A stretch of 64,000 nt of DNA from Euprymna scolopes (taxonomy: Eukaryota). The notes under the pieces are model-generated. The model was given only the letters and a program-made list of their open reading frames with translations. It did no database searches and was not told the origin of the DNA. This document shows positions 55,401 to 64,000 of this stretch, piece after piece. Position numbers and translations under genes: made by a program. The stretch lies in assembly GCA_053919585.1 (NCBI GenBank), contig CM132796.1; one strand, 5' to 3'. Position 1 is the first letter of the stretch. Each line of letters starts with the position of its first letter.

Positions 55401-58400
55401 TATAATAAGAAAATAAAGATCAATTACATGGTAATCAAACATGCAGATCAATTATATGGTGGTAAAAACATACAGATCAATCACATGGACGTTAAAAAAT
55501 ATAGATCAATTACATGGTAATCAAAAAATATAGATCAATAACATGCTAATAAAAAATACAGATCAATCACATGGTAGTAAAAAATACAGATCAATTTCAT
55601 GGTCGTAAAAAAATGCAGATCAATTACATGGTAATCAAAAATAAAGATCAATTACATGGTAGTATAAATATACAGATCAATTACATGGTGGAAAATATTT
55701 ACAGATCAATTACATGGTAATTAAAAATAAAGATCAATTACATGGTAGTAAAAAAATACAGATCAATTACATGGTAGTAAAAAAAATACAGATCAATTAC
55801 ATGGTAGTAAAAAAATACAGATCAATTACATAGTAATAAAAAATACAGATCAATTACATGGTAATCAAAAAAAACAGATCAATTACATGGTAGTAAAAAA
55901 AATACAGATCATTTACATGGTAGTAAAAAAATACAGATCAATTACATGGTAGTAGAAAAATACAGATCAATTACATTGTAGTAAAAAAATACAGATCAAT
56001 TACATGGTCATCAAAAATACAGATCAATTATATGGTAGTAAAAAAAACAGATCAATTACATGGTAGTAAAAAAATACAGATCAATTACATGGTTATCAAA
56101 AATATAGATCAATTACAGGGTAGTAAAAAAATACAGATCAATTACATGGTAGTAAAAAATACAGATCAATTACCTAGTAGTAAAGAAAATACAGATCAAT
56201 CACATGGTAATAAAAAATAAAGATCAATTACATGGTAATCAAAAATACAGATCAATTACATGATAATAAAAAATAACAGATCAATTACATGGTAATCAAA
56301 AAAACAGATCAATTACATGGTAATCAAAAATACAGATAAATCACATGGTCGTAACAAAAATACAGATCAATTACATGGTAATCAAAAAAAATAGATCAAT
56401 TACATGGTAATCAAAAAATACAGATCAATTACATGGTAATCAAAAAATACAGATCAATTACATTGTAATCAAAAAATACAGATCAATTACATGATAATCA
56501 AAAAATAAAGATCAATTGCATGGTAATCAAAAATACAGATCAATTCCATGGTGGTAAAAAATACAGATCAATTACATGGCAATAAAACATACTGATTCAA
56601 TTACATGGTAGTAAAAAATACAGATCAATTACATGGTAATCAAAAATACAGATCAATTACATGGTAGTAAAAACATACAGATCAATTACATGGTAATCAA
56701 AAATACAGATCAATTACATGGTAGTAAAAAAATACAGATCAATTACATGGTAGTAAAATTATACAGATCAATTACATGGAAATCAAAAATACAGATCAAT
56801 TACATGGTAGTAAAAAAATACAGATCAATTACATGGTAGTAAAAAAATACAGATCAATTACATGGTAGTAAAGAAAATACAGATCAATCACATGGTAATC
56901 AAAAAATACAGATCAATTACATGGTAATCAAAAATACAGATCAATTACATGGTAGTAAAGAAAATACAGATCAATTACATTGTAGTAAAAAAAAACAAAT
57001 CAATTACATGGTAGTAAAGAAAATACAGATCCATTAAATGGTAGTAAAAAATACAGATCACTTACATGGTAGTATAAAAATACAGATAAATTACATGGTA
57101 GTACAAAAATACAGAGCAATTACATGGTAATCAAAAATACAGATCAATTACATGGTAGTAAAAAAATACAGATCAATTACTTGGTTGTAAAGAAAATACA
57201 GATCAATCACATGGTAATCAAAAAATACAGATCAATTACATGGTAATATAAAATACAGATGAATTACATAGTAGTAATACCATACACATCAATTACATGG
57301 TAATGAAAAATACAGATCAATTACATGGTAGTAAAAAAATACAGATCAATTACATAGTAGTAAAGAAAATACAGATCAATTACATGGTAGTATAAAAATA
57401 CAGATCAATTACATGGTAGTAAAAAAATACAGATCAATTACAGGGTAGTAAAGAAAATACAGATCAATCACATGGTAGTAAAAAAATACAGATCAATTAC
57501 ATGGTAATAAAAAATACAGATCAATCACATGGAAGTAAAAATACAGATCAATTACATGGTAGTAAAAAATATAGATCAATTACATGGTAATCAAAACATA
57601 CAGATCAATTACATGTTAATCAAAAAATACAGATCAATTACATGGTAATCAAAAATACAGATCAATTACATTATAATCAAAAAATAAAGATCAATTACAT
57701 GGTAATCAAAAATACAGATCAATTACATGGTGGTAAAAAAATACAGATCAATTACATGGTAGTAAAAAAATACAGATCAATTACATGGTAATCAAAAAAT
57801 ATAGATCAATAACATGCTAATCAAAAATACAGATCAATCACATGGTATTAAAAAATACAGATCAATTACATGGTCGTAAAAAAATGCAGATCAATTACAT
57901 GGTAATTAAAAAGGATCAATTACATTGTGGTAAAAAAATACAGATCAATTACATGGTAATTAAAAATAAAGATCAATTACATGGTAGTAAAAAAATACAG
58001 ATCAATTACATGGTAGTAAAAACATACAGATCAATTACATAGTAATAAAAATAACAGATCAATTACATGGTAATCAAAAATACAGATCAATTACATGGTA
58101 GTAAAAAAAATATAGATCATTTACATGGGAGTAAAAACATACAGATCAATTACATGGTAGTAAAAACATACAGATCAATTACATGGTAGTAAAAAATACA
58201 GATCAATTACATGGTAATCAAAAATACAGATCAATTACATGGTAGTAAAACAATACAGATCAATTACATGGTAGTAAAAAAAATACAGATCAATTACATT
58301 GTAATCAAAAATACATATCAATTACATGGTAGTAAAAAAATACAGATCAATTACATGGTAATCAAACAATACAGATCAATTACGTGGTAGTAAAAAATAC

Positions 58401-61400
58401 AGATCAATTACATGGTAGTAAAGAAAATACAGATCAATCACATGGTAATCAAAAATACAGATCAATTACATGGTAATAAAAAATAACAGAGCAATTACAT
58501 GGTAATCAAAAAATATAGATCAATTACATAGTAATCAAAAAATAAAGATCAATTACATGGTAATCAAAAAATACAGATTAATTACATTGTAATCAAAAAT
58601 ACAGATCTATTACATGGTAATAAAAAAACAGATCAATTACATGGTAATCAAAAATACAGATCAATCACATGGTAGTAAAAAAATAGAGATCAATTACATG
58701 GTAATCAAAAAATATAGATCCATTACATGGTAATCAAAATATACAGATCAATTACATGGTAATCAAAAAATACAGATCAATTACATGATAATCAAAAAAT
58801 AAAGATCAATTACATGGTAATCAAACATACAGATCAATTACATGGTGGTAAAAAATACAGATCAATTACATGGTAATCTAAAATACCGATGAATTACACG
58901 GTAGTAACAAATACAGATCAATTACATGGTAATGAAAAATACAGATCAATTACATGGTAGTCAAAAATACAGATCAATTACATCGTAATAAAAAATACAG
59001 ATCAATTACATGGTAGTTCAAAAATACAGATCAATTACATGATAGTAAAAAAATACAGATCAATTACATGGTAATCAAAAATACAGATCAATTACATGGT
59101 AGTAAAAAAATACAGATCAATTACATGGTAGTAAAGAAAATACAGATCAATTACATGGTAATCAAAAAATACAGATCAATTACATGGTAATCAAAAATAC
59201 AAATCAATTACATGGTAATAAAAAATAACAGATCAATTACATGGTAATCAAAAAATATAGATCAATTACATAGTAATCAAAAAAAAAGATCAATTACATG
59301 GTAATCAAAAAATACAGATTAATTACATTGTAATCAAAAATACAGATCGATTACATGGTAATAAAAAAACAGATCAATTACATGGTAATCAAAAATACAG
59401 ATAAATCACATGGTAGTAAAAAATTACAGATCAATTACATGGTAATCAAAAAATATAGATCCATTACATGGTAATCAAAAAATACAGATCAATTACATGA
59501 TAATCAAAAAACAAAGATCAATTACATGGTAATCAAAAATACAGATCAATAACATGGTGGTAAAAAAATACAGATCAATTACGTGGTAATCAAAAATACA
59601 GATAAATTACATGGTAGTAAAAAAATACAGATCAATTGCATGGTAATCGAAAAATACAGATCAATTACATGGTAATCAAAAATACAGATCAATTACATGG
59701 TAGTAAATAATACAGATCAATTACATTGTAGTAAAAAATACAGATCAATTACATGGTAGTAAAGAAAATACAGATCAATTAAATGGTAGTAAAAAATACA
59801 GATCAATTACATGGTAGTATAAAATACAGATCAATTACATGTTAGTAAAAAAATACACATCAATTACAGGGTAGTAAAGAAAATACAGATCAATCACATG
59901 GTAGTAAAAAAATACAGATCAATTACATGGTAATCAAAAATACAGATCAATCACATGGAATTAAAAAATACAGATCAATTACATGGTAGTAAAAAATATA
60001 GATCAATTACATGGTAATCAAAACATACAGATCAATTACATGGTAATCAAAAAATACAGATTAATTACATTATAATCAAAAAATAAAGATCAATTACATT
60101 GTAATCAAAAATACAGATCAATTACATGGTGGTAAAAAATACAGATCAATTACATGGAAGTAAAAAAATACAGATCAATTACATGGTAATCAAAAATACA
60201 GATCGATTACATGGTAGTAAAAAAATACAGATCAATTACATGGTAGTAAAAAAATACAGATCAATTACATGGTAGTAAAATAATACAGATCAATTACATG
60301 GTAATCAAAAAATACAGATCAATTACATGGTAGTAAAAAACTACAGATCAATTACATGGTAGTAAAGAAAATACAGATCAATTACATGGTAGTAAAAAAA
60401 TACAGGTCAATTACATGGTAATCAAAAAATACAGATCAATTACATGGTAATCAAAAAATACAGATCAATCACATGGTAGTAAAAAATACAGATCAATTAC
60501 ATGGTAGTAAAAAATACAGATCAATTGCATGGTAGTAAATAATACATATCAATTACATGGTAAAAAAAAATACAGATCAGTAACATTGTTGTAAAGAAAA
60601 TACAGATCAATTACATGGTAGTAAAAAAATACAGATCAATTACATGGTAGTAAAAAATACAGATCAATTGCATGGTAGAAAAAAATACAGATCAATTACA
60701 TGGTAATAAAAAATACAGATCAGTAACATGGTAGTAAAGAAAATACAGATCAATTACATGGTAATCAAAAAATACAGATCAAGTACATGGTAATCAAAAA
60801 TACTGATCAATTACATGGTAGTAAAAAAATACTGATCAATTACATGGTAGTAAAAAAATACTGATCAATTACATGGTAGTAAAAAAATACTGATCAATTA
60901 CATGGTAGTAAAAAAATACAGATCAATCACATGGTAATAAAAAATACAGATCAATTACATGGTAATAAAAAAATACAGATCAATTACGTGGTAGTAAAAA
61001 ATACAGATCAATTACATGGTTGTGAAAAATACAGATCAATTGCATGGTAGTAAAAAATGCAGATCAATTACATGGTAATAAATAATACAGATCAGTAACA
61101 TGGTAGTAAAAAAATACATATCAATTACATGGTAGTAAAAAAATACAGATCAATTACATTGTAGTAAAAAAATACAGATCAATTACATGGTAGTAAGAAA
61201 ATACAGATCAATTACATGGTAGTAAATAAATACAGATCAATTACATGGTAGTAAAGAAAGTACAGATCAATTACATTGTAATAACAAATACAGACCAATT
61301 ACATGGTAGTAAAAAAAGAAATCTATTACAGGGTAGTAAAAAATACATTTCAATTACTTGCTAATAAAAATTCAGATCAATTACGTTGTAATAATATATA

Positions 61401-62690
61401 CAGATGAATTACATGGTAGTAAAAAATACAGATCTATTCAATTGTAGTAAAATATACGGATCTATAACATGGTAATAAAAATACAGCTAAATTACATGGT
61501 AATAAAAATGACAGATCAATTATATGGTAATAAAATATACTGATCAATTACGTACGTGTAAAAAAATACAGATCAATTACATGATTGTAAAAAATACAAA
61601 TTAATTACATGGTAGTAAAAATAAAGATTTATTACCGGGTAGTAAAAAAACGGATCTATTACATGGTAGTAAATAAATACAGATCAATTACCTGGTAGGT
61701 AAAAATGCAAATCAATTATATGATAGTAAAAAATATAGATCTATTACATACTAGTCAAAATACCGATCAATTACATCGTAGTAAAAAAGACATATCAATT
61801 ACATAGTAGTAAAAAATACCGATCAATTACATGGTAGTGAAAATATATATCAATTATATGGTAGAAAAAAATACACATCTATTTCATGGTAGTAAAAATA
61901 CATATCAATTACATGGTAGTAATGAAAGTGCAGATCAATTAGATGTTTGTAAAATACAAATCAATTACATGGTAGTAGAAATACATATCAATTACATGGT
62001 AATACACAAAAATACAAATCTGTTACATGGTTATAAAAAATACAGATCTATTACATGGCAGTAAAAAATGCAGATCAATTACATTGTAGTGGAAAATGAA
62101 TATAAATAGCAATACAAAAATACAGATCAATTACATTGTTATAAAAAAATACAAATCTGTTACATGATAGTAAAAAATACAGCTCAATTACATGGTAATA
62201 AAAACATACAGAACAATTACATGGTAATAAAAAATACAGATCAATTACATGGTAATAAAAAATTCAGATCAATTTAATGGTAATAAAAAATACAGATCAA
62301 TTACATTGTAATAAAAAATACAGATCAATTACATAGTAATAAAAAATTCAGATGAATTACATGGAAGTAAAAAAAATACAGATCAATTATATGGTAATAA
62401 AAAATACAAATCAATTACATGGTAGTAAATACATACAGAACAATTACATTGTAGTAAAATAAAATACAGATCAATTACATGGTAGTAAAAAATGCAGATC
62501 AATTATATGGCACCAAATTAACACATATTATTTACATGGGTTCAAAAACACAGATCAATAACCTGGAAGCAAAAATAATATAGATTAAGTACAAGGCAGC
62601 AAAAATAATACAGATCAATTACATGGAAGCAGAAATAATACAGATAAGTTTCATGCCAGGAAGTAATACTGATTAATTACATTGCGGCTA
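28443..62690. repeat. ~34-kb satellite array of 27-28-bp monomers (~1,240 copies by length), consensus AAAAATACAGATCAATTACATGGTA(GTA/ATC)A(A)
   Basis: Continuous head-to-tail array in one orientation, with two main monomer classes (GGTAGTAAA vs GGTAATCAA) and variable A-tract length. Confidence 0.99.
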
Positions 62691-62703
62691 AAATTATCGC
62701 CAA

Positions 62704-64000
62704 AAAGCGAAACCACAAAGAATGAAATGGGCTACAAAATCGAATAAATCGATAATAGAATGCTATTACAGAAGTCATCTTAAAAGCAAGGTTCTCAGAA
62801 ACTGATGAATTGCTTAGGGTCAGATCTACTCGCTATCAGAATAAACATCGTGTATCAAGCGACACTTTTTTCTAAGTGAGGTTGACTTTCAAATCTAGAA
62901 CTAATGTGAACACAGCAGAAAGTAAATGAAGGAACAGACCAAGAATCACCCTCATTGTAACCTTATGCAGGGAAAACCACTATATAGAAGAAGTACAAAC
63001 CTGAATAATGCAGATATTATGACCAAGAGGTACGAAACAGCATAATTAACTGAAAATGAATGAGCTGAAGTAAAAACATCTTAAAACTTATGAACGAGGA
63101 AAACTGTTATATGTTAGTAAGCAAGAGTGGAAGAAATTAAAAGCAGACGAGTAAAAGTCGAACAAGCTACTCACATCCATCCCCAAAAGATATAGACTTG
63201 AATAATATAATTTATGTAAGTACCAAGACAGTTTTATATTTTAAATAGAGAAATGTCAGTGATGAAAATGGACCGACAAAAAAGGGATGGAAAAGCAAGC
63301 TGGTACATCGGATCAACAAACTTTAAAAATGAAATCAAAACGATAATGATTGAAGTGGATCAGATAGAATAGAAAAAGAAGAAATGTGATTCGGAGGAAG
63401 AGGCTAAACAAGAAACATGAAGACCTGAAACAAGAAATAGCAACAAAAGATTAAGACAATACCGATACAACTTGGAATAATTCAAGCAAAACTGAACATT
63501 TGAAACCAATGAAACCCAATTTATATCAAAATGTAAACGGAGAAAAAGCAAAAACAAAATGACCGGACCCAACAATAAAAAAGCGTTACAGAAGACAGAT
63601 TTAGAAATAATGAGAATGTCAGAATAGCAACTCCGAATTGCTGAAACACATGCTAGAAGAGTTAACATCACTCGAAGAAACCCTGCGTAATATTGCAAAT
63701 TGGGGTGCACCAGTTCAGTTAGTTTAAAAAGTTCACGATACTACACGAAAGGCTTATTCAATACCTTACAAAATTTATCCACAAAGTAGACGCGCAAAAA
63801 TTAATGACCTGATACAAAACACACACACACACATTCCACACACACACAAACACACAGAAAACGGAAACGACCCCCAGCAACTACAGGCCTTTAACTGTCG
63901 TCCTTATCATGCCGACAATTTAGCAGCACAAATGAAATAACAGATTTTCAACTCCTCTAATAATCATCGACTACTCTCTGAGGGATAGAAACTAATCCGC
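62704..64000 (+). mobile_element. Degenerate R4/Dong-like non-LTR retrotransposon (N-terminal region to start of RT)
   Basis: Manual translation gives, in order, RMKWATKSNKSIIECYYRS (62719-62775), KRLRQYRYNLE*FKQN*TFETNETQFY (~63445-63525), NWGAP (~63698) and PSNYRPLT (~63873-63896). This matches the layout I recall for R4-clade ORFs. Many stops and a (CA)n insertion. Confidence 0.68.

Noticed and set aside
28545-62064. Many ORFs of type MVIKNTDQLHGSKKIQINY
   Set aside because: These are translations of the satellite; frames break at random A-tract length changes.
28443-62690. CRISPR-like or RT-templated (telomere-like) array downstream of the RT ORF at 25729-27048
   Set aside because: There are no unique spacers or cas genes. 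The array is internal with unique flanks on both sides. The RT is an ordinary 5'-truncated LINE with its own 3' tail ~1.3 kb away.

Overview
This is AT-rich, repeat-dominated eukaryotic DNA, probably from an invertebrate metazoan. I could not identify any intact host gene, CRISPR array or prokaryotic system. The first ~28 kb is a mosaic of mobile-element pieces: seven CR1/Zenon-like LINE segments (two APE-endonuclease 5' pieces, five RT/3' pieces), a decayed Gypsy/Ty3 element lacking its integrase, a Penelope-like 3' end with a damaged hammerhead ribozyme, three non-autonomous Helitron-like elements, a SINE with a perfect 15-bp TSD, a 5S-derived SINE3-like element, a tRNA-Cys pseudogene and a very homogeneous 27-bp minisatellite. 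Positions ~28.44-62.69 kb are a single ~34-kb satellite of 27-28-bp monomers with nested kb-scale duplications. It has a sharp left edge and a decaying right edge that runs directly into the N-terminus of a degenerate R4/Dong-like non-LTR element. The ORFs inside the two tandem arrays are best explained as translation artefacts. All family assignments come from motif recognition by eye, not database searches.
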